Source of the DNA: Eledone cirrhosa
Lineage: Eukaryota
Reading direction: 5' to 3'
Length of the DNA stretch: 64,000 nt
Assembly: GCA_964016885.1 (NCBI GenBank)
Contig: OZ024744.1
Span: 113,336,001 to 113,400,000, forward strand
Part shown: piece by piece, positions 41,664-55,536 of the stretch
Layout: every line of letters starts with the position of its first letter
Position numbering within the stretch: position 1 is the first letter of the stretch
Made by a program: the position numbers and the translations under genes
Notes under the pieces: generated by a model
The model's input: only the letters and a program-made list of their open reading frames with translations
Databases searched by the model: none
Told to the model about the DNA's origin: nothing

Positions 41664-44600
41664 TGTAGCAAAAACCCGGCTTTATATTTGATCAGAAGTT
41701 TTTCCAATCATTTGTTGCCATATGTATAACACAATAATATTAAAGATAACATCAATAATCACAGCCAAAGAACATCCCAATTAAGATTACTATAAATAAT
41801 TGTTTCTACTTTAGGCACAAGGCCAGCAATTACCCAGTGCATTACTGGTGCTTTATTTTATCGACCCGACAGTTCAGTTGGTGGCAATACCCTTATATTT
41901 CCTCAGAAATCAAAGATTGTCCTCTGTCTGAATGAATGTAGGCAGGCATGCCAAACAGAGAAAACAGGTTGCATAAACATTTGATGACGAAGTTGATACA
42001 TCCTGAGAAGGGTAAGCAAATGGGAACTGCAAAAATTTATCTATGATGGTAAGAAGATAACAGTTTTGACTATTTGTGGCTAGCGGTCCCTTAAAATCGA
42101 TGTTCAAATGCTCAAATGGAGATGAAGCCCTAATCAAGTGAGCTGCCGGAGGTCTGTAGTACTGTGGTTTCAGCTCAGTACAAGTCTGGCAATGGCTTGT
42201 GACTCTTTTGACTTCTTCTGTAGAGTAAGGTAAGTTGCAGCCTCTTACAAAATGACTGAATTGTGTAATGCCTGAGTGGCATGAAGCATCATGAATGTCT
42301 TTCAAATTCATGTTCTTTGTAGTTTGTAAAAAAGTCCAAACTACAGGAGAATGAATTGTGACTTATCGGGAGGGCAGCACACGATGATCAAGACAAACAG
42401 TCAGCAGCTTCATTATTCTTCCCCGGTATTGGATGTCATATCAATAGCATCTTAATACCACTCACCAACGCATAATTTTGTCACTCTTTATTTTGCCACA
42501 TCCCTTGGGATTGAAGGTATAAGACAAGGCTTACTGGTTGGTAATTAAGGTGAATTGGTGGCCAATAAGGTAGTGCTTCTACTTCCAAACAGATTCAACA
42601 ATTGCCAATGCTTCTTTTTCAACTGCTGGGTCACACTTCTGATGTTTATCTAGAGATTTTGAAAAGAAAGCTACTGGCTGGCCATTTTGATTCAGAGTTT
42701 GAATGATCTGAGGCATCTCGAGAACAGAACCATCACTATGACTAACAACTGCGTTTTTTTATGTCAGTTTTCAGGGATTCAAATGACTCCATTTCAGCAG
42801 TGGGAATGATCCAGCTTCCAGCAGTCGGTGTACCTTTTCAGAGTAGTTCCTTATGAATTTGGAGTAATAGGAGAATAAACCAACTGCTCTCTGTTTGGCC
42901 TTGCTGTTGCTGGGAATTGGTAAGTACTTCAAATGTTGAAGTCTCTCAAGGTCTGGTCTTATAGAGTTATGACTAATAACATAACCAAGAATGTTGATCG
43001 ATTCAGCTGATAGGATGCTCTTTTCTTCATTAAGTGTCAGATTTGACTTAGCAGCTTCTAAAAGCAAAGCATAGTTTCAATAATGTTCTGTCTGATCCAT
43101 ACTGGCTACTGTAATATTGTCCTAGTATACAAATGTTCCCAACAACTTGTTCTGGGCAATAAACTCATCCATCTTCCTCTGGAATGCAGCTACAGCATTT
43201 GTGGGACCAAATGGCAAATGAGTAAATTGATATAGTTTACCATTGGCCTCAAAAGCAGTATAAGTTTTCTCTTCAAAAGAGGCACTTGATGATAGGTACT
43301 CTTTAAATCAAGAGTGCTGAATGCTTTGAACTTTGCTAATTCATTGATTTGTTCATCAATCTTATGGAGAGGGTACGCATCAAGGTAGAGAGTACGCATC
43401 AATTTGTTGATTGTCTGTAAGCAATCAATGCAAAGGTGTTTCTTATGATTCTCATTGGTTGCTATGACTATTTGAGGCTCTCTAAGGAGAGTTACTTGGT
43501 TCCATGATGTTGTCTTTAAGGAGTCATTGTATCTCTGAGTCAATGAATTTCTTGTCAGTGTCACTGAATCACCGAGATTTGGATGGTAGTCCTCAGAGGA
43601 GGTTATCAAATAACGTTGATGGTGAAATATTTGACAACATAAGGCTGCAAATCGACAATGGTAATAGGTCTCCTCATAAAGTCCTGCTCCAAGATCATGT
43701 CAGTACACAGATTCGACATTACTGAAAACTTTGCTCTGATAAAATTCTCCCAGTATCTATGGGGGCCGCGAGATTACTACTATTGATGGAGACATCTTTT
43801 ATCGATGTGCCTTCAGAAGATGCAGCCAAAGTAGGGCCCTCCCTTGACTTGTTATCTGGATGGACTGCAGCAGCAACAGACTTTTGGCTACTTAGGAACT
43901 GACAGACTTTAGCGAAATGTCCCTTTTTCTGGCACTTTAAGCAAGAAGCATCGTTAGCAGGGCAGAGATATTGTGAATGTCTAGTATTGCCACAGAAGTA
44001 GCATGATTGCTTTCAACTTGGCTGCTGAACAACCGCTGAAGTAGGTTTTGATGGGGCAACATCAACATTATTAGTCTCTAAAAGGGCAAATTTAGGTTGA
44101 GCATACTCTTGAGAGTTATTCTGTGCAATATCAAGAGATTTAGCTTGTTGGAAGGCTTCATCAAGTGATAGAGCTTTATTTTTTAGACTGTAAACGTGGT
44201 TGGTGTTAGGAAGGGCATCCAACCGTAGAAAACCTGCCAGACAGTCCTATACAAGCGAGACATGGTCACCCAACCAATCTTGCCTCAAGTACGACAATTG
44301 TCATTTAAACCCATGCTTGCGTGGAAGATAGACATTAAACAATTATGATGATGATGATGATGAAGATACTGTCTGATAGTGCTTCACTTCAAGCCTGATA
44401 TAAATGCTACTCTGATAGATTCATTGCTATACGCCTCTGCCACGGCAGGTTTGAAGTTACAGTCCTTTGCAAGTTTTCGTAGTGTCTGGAGAAATTCATC
44501 AAAGGATTCATTTGGTTGCTGCTTCCTACTTGCTAGCTGATGTTGTGCAAACATTTCATTCTTGGGCTTTACGTATAGTGATATCAGTGATTCTATTGCC

Positions 44601-45007
44601 ACATCATAGGAAGTGGAATCTGCTATGTAGTCATATACAGATGGGGAAACAAACTTGATAAGCATATTGAGTTTCATAGTTGTACCGTTGAGTTTCATAG
44701 CTGAAAAGAAGCTTGTCAGAGTCTGTTTCCAGTGAAGCCATTCCTTCGAGGCATCAGTAGAATTAGGGCTAATGCTGAATTGTTCAAATTTGAGGTATTT
44801 CTCCATTATCTCAGAGTGTTCAGTTTTAATGTTTTGATTTGAAAATTGTAGCGAACATCCAGTTTTATATTTGATCAGAAGTTTTTCCAATCATTTGTTG
44901 CTATATCTATCACACAATAATATTAAAGATAACATCAATAATCACAGCCAAAGAACATCTAAATTAAGATTACTATAAATAATACAGTTCAGTTCATGAC
45001 AATAACA
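41664..45007 (-). mobile_element. Second Gypsy LTR element (decayed) with ~160-bp LTRs at 44847-45007 and 41664-41890; SINE and RTE-tail insertions
   Basis: gag MEKYLKFEQFSISPNSTDASKEWLHWK; RT DAYPLHKI..STLDLKSTYHQV; integrase HDASCH..C..C, IDFKGPL; LTR direct repeat TGTAGC..ACAGTTCAGTT. Confidence 0.88.
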
Positions 45008-45574
45008 TTTCAAATAATATGATGTACAATTCCCTTGAAACATCTATAAGCAAATTAATATGGTTTTTAAAAGATAGATGTTGATTTTTCCATTCCATCT
45101 ATAAACTTGCAAACTTTGCTAAGAGTATTGCAATTGCTTGTCAGATTACAGAAAATGGTGCACAAACCTGTAACCTAACCTGAACAAGTAATGCCTCTGC
45201 TTTGAAGGTTTTTTAAGTGGGAAAAGGCCTTGCACTCGACCAATCCCACTCTCTGAGCATCAAAAACACTACCCGAAAAGGAGAACTGGTCAACATCATC
45301 GGATTCTTCTGAAACCACAAGTTTTTTTCAGAGTTTCCCTCTCTTAGAAAGGTGTTGTGACAACAACTGGGGGCCTTTCACTCCCAGGTGGAAAAAAAAA
45401 TGTAATCCAGTACAACCTCTCTCATGCTCGGGTTGTCGGCGACTAAACCGGCAAGCCCACCAAGCTTGCTTGGTAAGGAGGGTGATATTTGGACACTGCA
45501 GGATGAAATACAAGACCCAGTGAAGGGCAGAGGAACTCAGCAGAATCAACGGCCATCCAAATAGTATATATATA

Positions 45575-46858
45575 CAGGGTGCGGATGATATTTGTTCACA
45601 ATTTTCAACTGCTAATTCTATGCAAATTTTTTTTACTTCCGTTGTCACTCTTGTCTTCATAAAAACAGTGACTATATTTCCATTATTTATTTTCAGAATA
45701 ATTGATTATGAATAAGTTTGAACCTTCAAATTTGTGGAACAGACACGGAGTTCTTCTTGGAATCCGCACCGGGAGGACAAATAAGGAAATTTCAGACTTT
45801 CTCAGCGTCAGCAGGAGAATGGTGGAAAAGGTCAGAAAGGAATTGGAAGATTCAGGATTCGACTACGAAGCAACATCAGAGAGGAAAACACATGATCGAC
45901 GATCTGACGCCTTCAGAACGCCCAAGTTCGTCGCTGAAGTTCAGGATATCATTAGCAATGAACCTAGCAAGTCGATACATGCCATTGCAAGGGAGAAAGG
46001 CATGGATGAAAAGCTCATTAGGCTGGTGGTACATGAAGACATTCGCTACGTTTCATACAAGATGAGGAAAGGACAATTTCTGTCAAAGGCGATGCAAGAA
46101 AAGCGACTGAAGCACGCAAAGAAGCTGATCAACAAGTTGAAACACCCACTGGAGCCAGACATGCTGTGGTTTTTATCCGACGAGAAAAACTTCTGCCAAG
46201 ACCAGAAGATCAACTTCCAGAACAACAGGTGGCTCGCTGTCTCATCCAAAGATGTGCCCAGAGTCATGCAGAGAGAGTTTCCAGCGACAACATTGGTCTT
46301 AGGTGTCGTCAGCAGTCAAGGTGCCGTCATGCCACCTCACTTCTTCCCTGAGGGCCTCAAGCTGAACACCGATGGCTACATCCATGTTCTGAGCGAAGTA
46401 GTAAAGCCCTGGATCGACCAGGTAGCTGCAGGTAGGCCGTACGTGGGGCAGAAAGACTTAGCGCCCTGCCATACCAGCCGAAAGACCCAAGCCTGGCTGT
46501 CAGAGAACTTCGTCGACCACACTTCACCTGGCATCTGGCCTCCCAGCTCGCCTGACTGCAACCCCCTCGACTTCTTTGTGTGGGGCGCAGTGGAACGAGA
46601 CACCAACAGATCTAACTGCGAAAGACGATCTGAAGGCCAGGATCACAAGTGCCTTTAGGGGCCTAAGTCGGGGGACAGTGACGAAGGCCTGTAGCCGGTT
46701 CCGAGGCCGCCTTGAGGCCGTCATCAAAGCCAATGGCGGGTTTATCGAGTGAGATCGAAAGAACAAGTCATGAAGACAAACTGACCCAAGTTTGATAAAT
46801 TTATCTTTAAAAATAAAACTAGACAGTAATCTTGCGAACAAATATCGTCCGTACCCTG
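45575..46858 (+). mobile_element. Tc1/mariner superfamily DNA transposon, DD37D (maT) family; TA target, imperfect ~30-bp TIRs
   Basis: TA|CAGGGTGCGGATGATATTTGTTC ... GAACAAATATCGTCCGTACCCTG|TA. Confidence 0.93.
45708..46752 (+). pseudogene. DD37D transposase with a frameshift near 46620
   Basis: SDEK..QKD-37aa-D (WPPSSPDCNPLD); the C-terminal RLEAVIKANGGFIE* lies in another frame. Confidence 0.9.
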
Positions 46859-46920
46859 TATATACACATATAACTCTTAATGGGTCCTCTCTGGATATTG
46901 GTCTTTGTATTTATTATATA

Positions 46921-48290
46921 CTAGCAGTGTATCCCGGCGTTGCACGGGTAAGAACATTGGTAATGGCATCTCCAATGAGAAACGTTTATTTGTGAGTGCC
47001 TGTTAAAAGCTCACGAAAATATACTGACAGCAAACTTGTTTTATTTGGAGAAAATTAAGAAGTTGAAAGTACAGTTTAGCTGTCTACGTGCATTGTTCAT
47101 AGAAATATTGTTGAGCTCCTTCTTTTCATACTCCTCTGTTTTTGCCTATTGGAGTAAATGTGAAAGAGAAAGTCACAGATTAAGTTGGCAGAAGGTTCCA
47201 GTACAATAGCAGTAAGGTGTAGGCTACTTACCTCAAAAGTTCATTCGCACTCTTTCCACTAAGTTACTCTTTCTCTCTATCCCTCTCTGTGCAGTGCCTT
47301 GCGAATTTCTCGCGTAGGCCTGGTGTAGATTTGCACCTGATCCCTCTGCCCGATGCAGATGTCTGCTTTGTACGGCTTTTGGGGGAAGGGGTGACCAGCA
47401 ATACGTTGTTCGGTATTATTACGAAAAAGGGCAGTGGATAGGCAATATCAGTAGAGTGTTGGACGCCATGCTTTGTAGCAAAGAGTTACGGCCCTTTATG
47501 GTCTGAGTTCAAATCCCGCCGAGGTTAACTTTGCCTTTCATCCTTACGGGGTCAATAAAATAAAGTACCAGTTATACACTGGGATAATTGCTGGCCTTGT
47601 GCCAAAAGTAGAAACAATTATTACGAAAAGGTGTAGCAGAGAATCCCGCGTGAACTAACAGCTCGGGAGGAAACTGCTTACCTCGAAGATTCATTCGTCA
47701 TCGTTCTTATCAACGCTCCGTTTAGTTGGTATTTGTTGGTCTACAGTTAGATGAATGGCGCACAAAGGGTTAATGTTTATTGGCAAGAAGTGGCAACTGG
47801 GCTGGCTTGTCTCGCTTATATTATATACTAAAATAACAGATTAAAGTTTAAGCAAAGAATCGCTGCTTTCACCCTTAACGGGATCTTCTGAAACTAAAAA
47901 AATCAATCTGTGAATGCACAAGTAAATATTTCGAAAAACGTTACAACCGAAGGAAAACAGGAAGACGATACTTTGGTTCGTGAAGACGTTCCCTGGCAAT
48001 GAACGGAAAATAGCGATCATAATATGTCATCAATGTTTGTCATAATGTCGTAATGCAGACACCCAGACATACAGACAGATATTATAAGGGCGCGACGGAG
48101 ATCGATAACCGGCGCCTAACACCCCTTTAACAACAGAAAATTGAAAAATAAAAGCTGCAGTTAATATCTTTAGACCGCAAGGAATATATAAATGCAAGTT
48201 TGAAGTCAATCGGAGTAGAAATGTGGATTTGTATAGACTTTGCAAAAATGAGGACACACACACAGACAACTACAGTTTTATATATATGTA
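46921..48290 (-). mobile_element. Non-autonomous Helitron-like element with nested SINE and repeat fragments
   Basis: Minus-strand 3' end ACCCGTGCAACGCCGGGATACACTGCTAG|T (hairpin plus CTAG); 5' end TATATAAAACTGTAGTTGTCTGTGTG. Confidence 0.7.
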
Positions 48291-48296
48291 TAGATA

Positions 48297-49920
48297 TATC
48301 ATCAGCATCATCATAGTTTAACGTCCATCTTCCACGCTAGCATGTGTTAGACGGGAGTTGTCCCAATTTGAGGCAAGGTTGGTTGGGTGACCCTGTCTCG
48401 TTCATATAGGACTATCTGGCAGGTTTTCTATGGCTGGATGCCCTTCCTAACACCAACCACATATACAGTGTGGACTGGGAACTTTTTACCATGTTACCTA
48501 CACGGCCACATTACAGCGTGGACTGTGTGTTTTTTTTTGTCGTGACACCTACATGATTTTGATCTCGATCTCATCATCTCATTTATTTGGACCGGATGTC
48601 GTGGTACCAACTTTACAGAGAAAGGGTGGTGTTGGTGGGAGTGGGAGGATGGAGTAGGGGTGGTGGGTTGAGGTGTATATTTGGTTAAGAGGTGCCTACT
48701 GACTGTGGGTTTCGCTTTGTACATAGGCAAGGCAGGTCTTCTGTATTACTGCGTGGCGCCAAAGATCTCGGTCAAGTGACATTGTCTTAGAGAGGTGCAA
48801 GTGTGTAAGGTCGGAATTTATCAAATCGTCCCGGGTTTTTCCGGGTCTATCTACTCCGTAACTTCCATCAATTTTGATCACCCTGCACTTTTTTATACAG
48901 CTGTCATCTTTCACGCATATCACGTGACCATTTATGTTTTGCCGTTCACGTATATTACTATTACACATCCAACGGAGCATGCAATGCATTCTTCGTTCCT
49001 TTCCAGTTTGCGCAGGTCCTCTGCACACAATGCCCATGTTTCACTGCCATATAGCATTGTTGTTCGTATACAGGCATCATACAATCTGCCTTTCATTTTT
49101 AGAGAGAAACCTTTAGCGGCCAATAATGGTATAAGCTCTCTGAACCTTTTCCATCCCGTTCTGACTCTAGCTACTGTACTTTCAGAGCACCCTCCACCAC
49201 TGCTCATTTTGTCACCCAGGTAACGGAAGGTGTCCACTATTTCTATAGAACCATCTGGGCAATAGAAGGAGCTAGTATCCTGTGGGCACTTGCTACTTAT
49301 TGCACCTGAGCATCAGCCACATATAAAATCTACGTTCTTAGATAGTTTACCTGTGATCCCACTACATCTTTTATGTACCCATAGTTAGGTTTGGTAATAG
49401 AAATGAAGCCTTCCTCATTTCTATTTCCAACCCCATAGCCTCCATGGATTCCATCATAGCCATCACTATGTTGTCCAACATGACCATTTAGGTTGCTAGC
49501 AATAATTAAGTAGTCGCTGTCGGTTATTTTGGAGGTAGTGTGCATTAGTGACTCATAGAACCTGTCCTTTATAACGTCGGGTAGACCAGATTGGGGTGCA
49601 TAAGCAGATATTATTGTCACAGTAGTTCTATATAGAACTCGTCTTATTTTAATTATTCTGTCATTCACTCTATTTACGTCAATTATCTTATCTACCCAGT
49701 TTTCAGCTAACATAATTCCTACTCCTCCCAGCCCTTTGTCATTTCCCACCCAGAAAAGCTTATAGCATCGTTTTTTACCCCCAATGAATCTAGCAGACCC
49801 ACCCCTACACCTAGTCTCTTGGACGCAACAAGCATCAACTTCCTTACGTTCAAGCATCTCTACAACCTCGTTTGAATGACCTTTCAATGTGCCTATATTC
49901 ATGTTACCAACTCTGAAGTT
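48297..49920 (-). mobile_element. RTE LINE with a large internal deletion (APE domain joined near 49390 to the C-terminus, 3'UTR and GAT tail)
   Basis: NIGTLKG, CVQETR, SAYAPQ; then FRYLGD..LYGSETW. Confidence 0.88.
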
Positions 49921-50680
49921 GGGTGGGTGGAATGGATGGGTTGGTGGGGCAGGGAGGGGTGTGGGAGACGGAATTATGTTGGTCATCCATGTCTGAAATA
50001 AAGAGGAGTCCTTGCATTCTTGTCCTGCAGCGGAAGGTGAATTTATCTTTATCTGTGACATTGTCATTGAGTGTTCAGACTTTCCAAATTCCGCAGTCCA
50101 ACGAGCAAACTGAAAATCAACCAGGTCTAAACTTAAGGAGTAATAACCGAGATGGTAGCTTTGCTATACTGATTTGTAAGAGAACTTACTATAAACCGCT
50201 GAGTTATGATTGGACCAAATGGTGTATGGGGTTGGGAGGACGGGAAATGGGTAACTTTAGGAGAAGGTTAGTTTTTAGGAAGGGTCGAAACAGAATGAAG
50301 CATATTATTAAAAACATGTTTTGAGTTCAAATCCCGCCGAGGTTAACTTTGCCTATCATCCTTACGGGGGGTCGATAAAATAAAGTACCAGTAATACACT
50401 GGGGTAATTGCTGGCCTTGTGCCAAAAGTAGAAACAATTATTAAAAACATGTAAAATATTAATTGAAAATCCGAGAGAAAAAAAATGTAGAAGTTTATAT
50501 ATATATTATTCAGTTGATGAAACTTGGTTGATCAAATAATCTGCTGACTTTTTCATAAACAGACATAAAGCAGTCAACATTTTGTATTCCTTAGGATTTT
50601 CTCTGTAAGGTATCACCTGGAATTTCAGTATAATAAAGAGAGAAGGTTTTATTCATACATATTCATTTGATTACCTAATT

Positions 50681-50915
50681 CCATTATACATATTTCAAAG
50701 ATGCAAGGGTGGTTATATAATAACCCCTGGCATATTTTCATCAGATGGAGTGAGATGTATTTGCCTATCCATTGATATGTTACTAGTTTAATGTGCTGTT
50801 AACATAGCTGTCCAATTAAACCAGTAAAAAATCAATAGATAGGAAAATACATCTCACTGCATCTGATGAAAACATGTTAGGGGTTATTACATAACCACCC
50901 TTGCATCTTGGAAAT
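50681..50915. repeat. Decayed palindrome with a hammerhead motif in each arm
   Basis: Minus arm: CCAT-CTGATGA-[stem II]-GAAA-TATGTA-TA-ATGG. Plus arm: CTGATGA (50863) to GAAA (50911). Confidence 0.75.
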
Positions 50916-52319
50916 CTAAACTATAATAAAGTAAAGAGTGCGGGACTGCGTACGGTTTATTTCTTTTAATCCAGTTAGTAAAATAAGTTGGATTACTTTG
51001 AATAAATAATTGTTTCTACTTTTAGAATGAATGAATATTACATAATTTATGTACAAAATTAAATTTAATATAAATATTAATATAAATAATTTTATTGCTT
51101 ATTTAAAATTGACTTCTTTTCAAAATTTCAAATTTCTACACTTCCGGTATATCGCCGCCACCACCACCACCACCACTTCATCTAGCATATATATAGAAAG
51201 AGAGAGTGTGTGGTGAGAGAGATACAGAGAGATAGAGTGGTTATGATTTTCTACGTGTGTATCTATGTGTATGTGCACATACATACATCTATATGTATGA
51301 GTATATAACTATAATCGCGCAAACACAAACTTATAAAACTACACGCTCACGGACATACATTCACACAAATACACATACTTTCACACAAACACATACATAC
51401 TTTCACACATATACATTTACACAAACACACACATACAGCCATGATAGCAGCGTTCGGTGAATTGGAAATGGGAGGGTAAAACAAGTATAACGTTTTATTT
51501 ATTTATTAACTTTTTATTTATTTATTAATTCATTTTTTTAAACTCATTTAAAATAATTGTTTCTACTTTTGGCACAAGGCCAGCAATTACCCAATACATT
51601 ACTGGTACTTTATTCTATCGACCCCGGAAGGATGAAAGGCAAAGTTAACCTCGGCGGGATTTGAACTCAGATCATACAGGGAGGTAACTCTATGCTTCAA
51701 AGCACGGCATCCGACCCTCTACCGATACTGCCAATCCATTTAAAATAATGGTTACAGAACGAAAACACTAACAAATATAATATATACAAAGGAAAGGGAA
51801 GGGAAAAAAAGAAAGAGAAAAAGTACACAAGCAAATAATTCACACATCTAAGATAATGTATTTAGCTGACAGAACACGGTATTTTAGGATTTTGTTCTGT
51901 TCAGCTGCGGATGCTGTAGCTCTCGCCCTTACCGCTGCATTCAGAATGTGGGAAGAAGCAAAAGAGTCACGAACTGTGACGTCCCAGGTAAGGTACCTGC
52001 CTCTTGACCAGGAGCACAGAGTAAGACCATCAAGTCTTTTCCCATCAATTCAAGACAACCCAGATGGTTCCAAAATTGGGGGAATGTTTTCCCGGGCCAA
52101 CGCTCTTAAGTGGTAATAGGACAGTGTGTGTATGTGCGTGCGCGTGAGTTTGTCGGCGTTCTTAAATTAGAGACACGTGTGTGTGTGTCAGTTTTTAAGT
52201 TAGACATATATATGTGTGTATCCCTTTCCTTCCTTTTACACACACATACATTCACACAAACACACACACACACACATTGTGTGATGGACGGGTGGAGAGA
52301 AGTCCCTCAAATTTATATA

Positions 52320-52960
52320 CATGTGAATGGAGTTCTACTGAAGCAGTTAGAGAAGTTCAAGTATCTCGGGACCGTGTTGATGAGTGATGGAATGCAGGAG
52401 GCTGAATTAAGTGCAAGAATTGCAAAAGCTGATGCAGTAATGCGCCAGCCTCATCAATCATATGAAGGGGGTAGGTGTAAAAGCCAAACTCGCTGTCTTC
52501 CTGGTATTCCTGCCAACTCTGACCGAGGATCATGAATCTTGAGTAATGACCAAAAGAATACAATTGCAAATAAAAGGGGTAGAAATGGGATTCCTCCGAA
52601 GGGTCTTTGGAGTAACGTTACTCGATAAAGTGCATAACTCAGAGAGCAGAGAGTCACTCCTGGTAGTGCCGCTACTTCTCCGAATTGAGAGATCACAACT
52701 CCGATATTATGAGCATGTGGTTAGAATGTCTCAGTAAAGAATCGCTAGACACATTTTACAGGCAAAACCAACCGGCAAGAGACCCAGAGGTAGACCCTGA
52801 GCAAGATAGTTGGATAACATCCATGAGCTTGGCTGGTCACACTTTGGGATCCAGCTGGATCAGTTAGAGATGTTTGCTACTAACAGACTCTCTGGAAGGA
52901 GTGTTTGAGAAGGACTCTGCCCCCGCGACCCTCTCAGAAATAAGGGGGCAAAGAAGAAGA
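52320..52960 (+). mobile_element. RTE-type LINE 3' fragment (a different family) with a (GAA)n tail
   Basis: LEKFKYLG, EMGFLRRVFGVTLLDKV, IERSQLRYYEHVVRM, GKRPRGRP. Confidence 0.8.
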
Positions 52961-53004
52961 TATTGTCAATTTACTTTTCAATTTACATATATCTATATGC
53001 ATAT

Positions 53005-54205
53005 ATGGAAAAAATGAAATTTCATTTCTCACTCTTAATACTGCTGATACTTAAATATAAGTATGTATACGTACATGCACATATGTATACAGACGTACAG
53101 TAGTATGTATATACATACATGCACACATATATATATGTACGTATGGGTTTACCGAACATTTATTAGGTGGATTGGCAGTATCGGTAGAGGGTCGGACGCC
53201 ATGCTTTCCAGCATAGTTACGTCCCTTTACGATCTGAGTTCAAATCCCGCCGAGGTTGACTTTGCCTTTCATCCTTACGGGGTCGATAAAATAAAGTACC
53301 AGTAATGCACTGAGTAATTGCTGGCCTTGTGCCTAAAGTAGAAACATTTATTATAATGCTCGCTTTGTTTGTAAACAAACAGCCTGAATTATTAGCCGTA
53401 CATGTTCAGCAAACATCGTTGCCCTTTTGTTCAACACTGACAAAAGAACGATGAACTAGTTTCTAGCATATTAGCTGTTATCAGCACCGTATACCTTCCT
53501 GTCAGTCGATTGAATGTTTGAAAGTATATACTTTCCTTATGCATATTAACGGCCGAGCAGTCTAATTTGCATATCGAGTGAGTTAGTTGGCCGGGTGTAC
53601 CGAAAACGATAAATGGAAAAAATGAAATTTCATTTCTCACTCTTAGTACGGCTGATACTTAAATATAAGTATGCATACGTACATACATATATGTATACAG
53701 ATGTACAGTAGTATGTATATACATACATACATGCACACACATATATATATATATATATATACGTATGGGTTTACCGAACATTTATTATTGTAAACAAACA
53801 GGCCAAATTTTTTCCATTTATCGTTTTCTGTACACCCAGCCGACTAACTCACTCTATATGCAAATTAGGATGGAAAAGTGCATTAGACTCCAGGGGGATT
53901 ACTTTGAAGGAGAAAACTCTTAGTGTGAAGTTTCGGTTTGAAATAAATCTTTTGTGACATCAGTCCTGGAACTTTTCTGACACACCTCGTATGTATATAC
54001 GTATACATACGTATATTTAAGTATCAGCCGTACTAAGAGTGAGAAATGAAATTTCATTTTTTCCACTTATCGTTTTCGGTACGCCCGGCCGACTAACTCA
54101 CTCGATATGCAAATTAGGCTGATCAGCCGTTAATATGCATAAGGAAAGTATAATAAGCTAGAAACTAGTTCATCGCTCCTTTGTCAGTGTTGAACAAAAT
54201 GGCAA
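53005..54205. repeat. Composite of direct (53005-53165 / 53605-53790) and inverted (53419-53680 / 53996-54205) copies of one repeat family
   Basis: GGAAAAAATGAAATTTCATTTCTCACTCTTA.. occurs three times, once inverted. Confidence 0.8.
53870..53991 (+). mobile_element. Mariner 3' end fragment
   Basis: EKCIRLQGDYFE, then TIR-like ACTTTTCTGACACACCTCG|TA. Confidence 0.75.
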
Positions 54206-55536
54206 AACGGCAAAACGGCCGAAAAATAGTAATATTGTTGAAATATAAACCTTTAAAAATACAGGACAAGAAACTAAAATAAAACTTTAAAAGAATAGGA
54301 CAAGAAACTAAGATAAAACTTTAAAAGAATAGGACAAGAAACTAAAATAAAACTTTATAGAATTGGACAAGAAATAAAAAATTTTACAATAATATTAGTG
54401 GCAAAATTTTTATTGGTAAAAAATCGAGTTCCACATTCATAGGCTCTGGGTTCCACATTCAGAGGTCGTCGTCAGACCGGGGGGATCATTTGATCCTGGT
54501 TTGAACACCAATTGGGCCATAACCATACCCCTATTTCATCATTCGGCGACACGCCTCATGTGTCATGCATAATGTGAATGGACCCATGGGCCCATGAGCA
54601 CAGATCTTGAGCAGCAGCGGACGGTCTTGTCGTCCCGCTCATCCTTGATCTTGACCAACCCGTCCATCTTCTCCTTGCATCTTGTCCTTGAGTTCAAGTC
54701 CGGCAGTCCAGATGAATGCGTGCCACAGCTTTCTGGTACAGGAAGGGGGAGCAGGAGGACTGGAGGGATGACGGGATAGAGGGTTGAGGGAGGTGCCGTA
54801 GTCGGTGGTCAGAGTCGACATCTTGTCCCGGTCGTCTTCTCCATCTTCGTCTGGTGTTGCGGGACCAGAAGTGCATTCTTGGAGGAGACCTGCAGCTGCA
54901 TCGGCCAATTCTTCTTGCAATGGTCATTCTGACGGAGCAGAACTGCTCAGCCAACCAACCCCAACCAGAACCAACCGCTCAGGGGCAACGCACAATGAGA
55001 GCATGACAATTATTATGCACTAATCAAGAAGATACTGGGGCATAGCACAGGAAACGAATAAAAAAATTTTGCCACTAATATTATTGTAAAATTTTTTATT
55101 TCTTGTCCAATTCTTTAAAGTTTTATCTTAGTTTCTTGTCCTATTCTTTTAAAGTTTTGTCTTAGTTTCTTGTCCTATTCTTTTAAAGTTTTATTTTAGT
55201 TTCTTGTCCTGTATTTTTAAAGGTTTATATTCCAACAATATTACTTTTTTTGCTGTACGCATTTTTCTATCTGGTCTACTATTTTTTAAGGCAATGCAAG
55301 CAACAACTATCTAATAATTAAATGATCATAGTGAATTACTGACATTTTAAAGTCCTTTTGAGTATAATTGCAATCTAGTTGAGGCAACTGGCTTAATGAC
55401 AAAGCTAGTAAATCATGAATGCATTTGAGATGATTAGTGCACAATAGTGAATTGGTGAAACTTGTGCATTTCAATGGTGTTACAACAATAGATGTAAGTT
55501 ATATAGTAGTAATACTTTATCATTTTAACTTTTTAG

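Noticed and set aside
41655-45015. TSD for the second LTR element
   Set aside because: The flanks (ACAAC versus TTTCA) do not match, so a single intact insertion cannot be confirmed.
53565-53572. Octamer motif ATTTGCAT as an snRNA promoter element
   Set aside because: It lies within a multi-copy repeat and no snRNA sequence follows.
54270-54380. CRISPR-like arrays (also 32649-32942 and 35136-35630)
   Set aside because: Tandem repeats without unique spacers, eukaryotic context, no cas genes.
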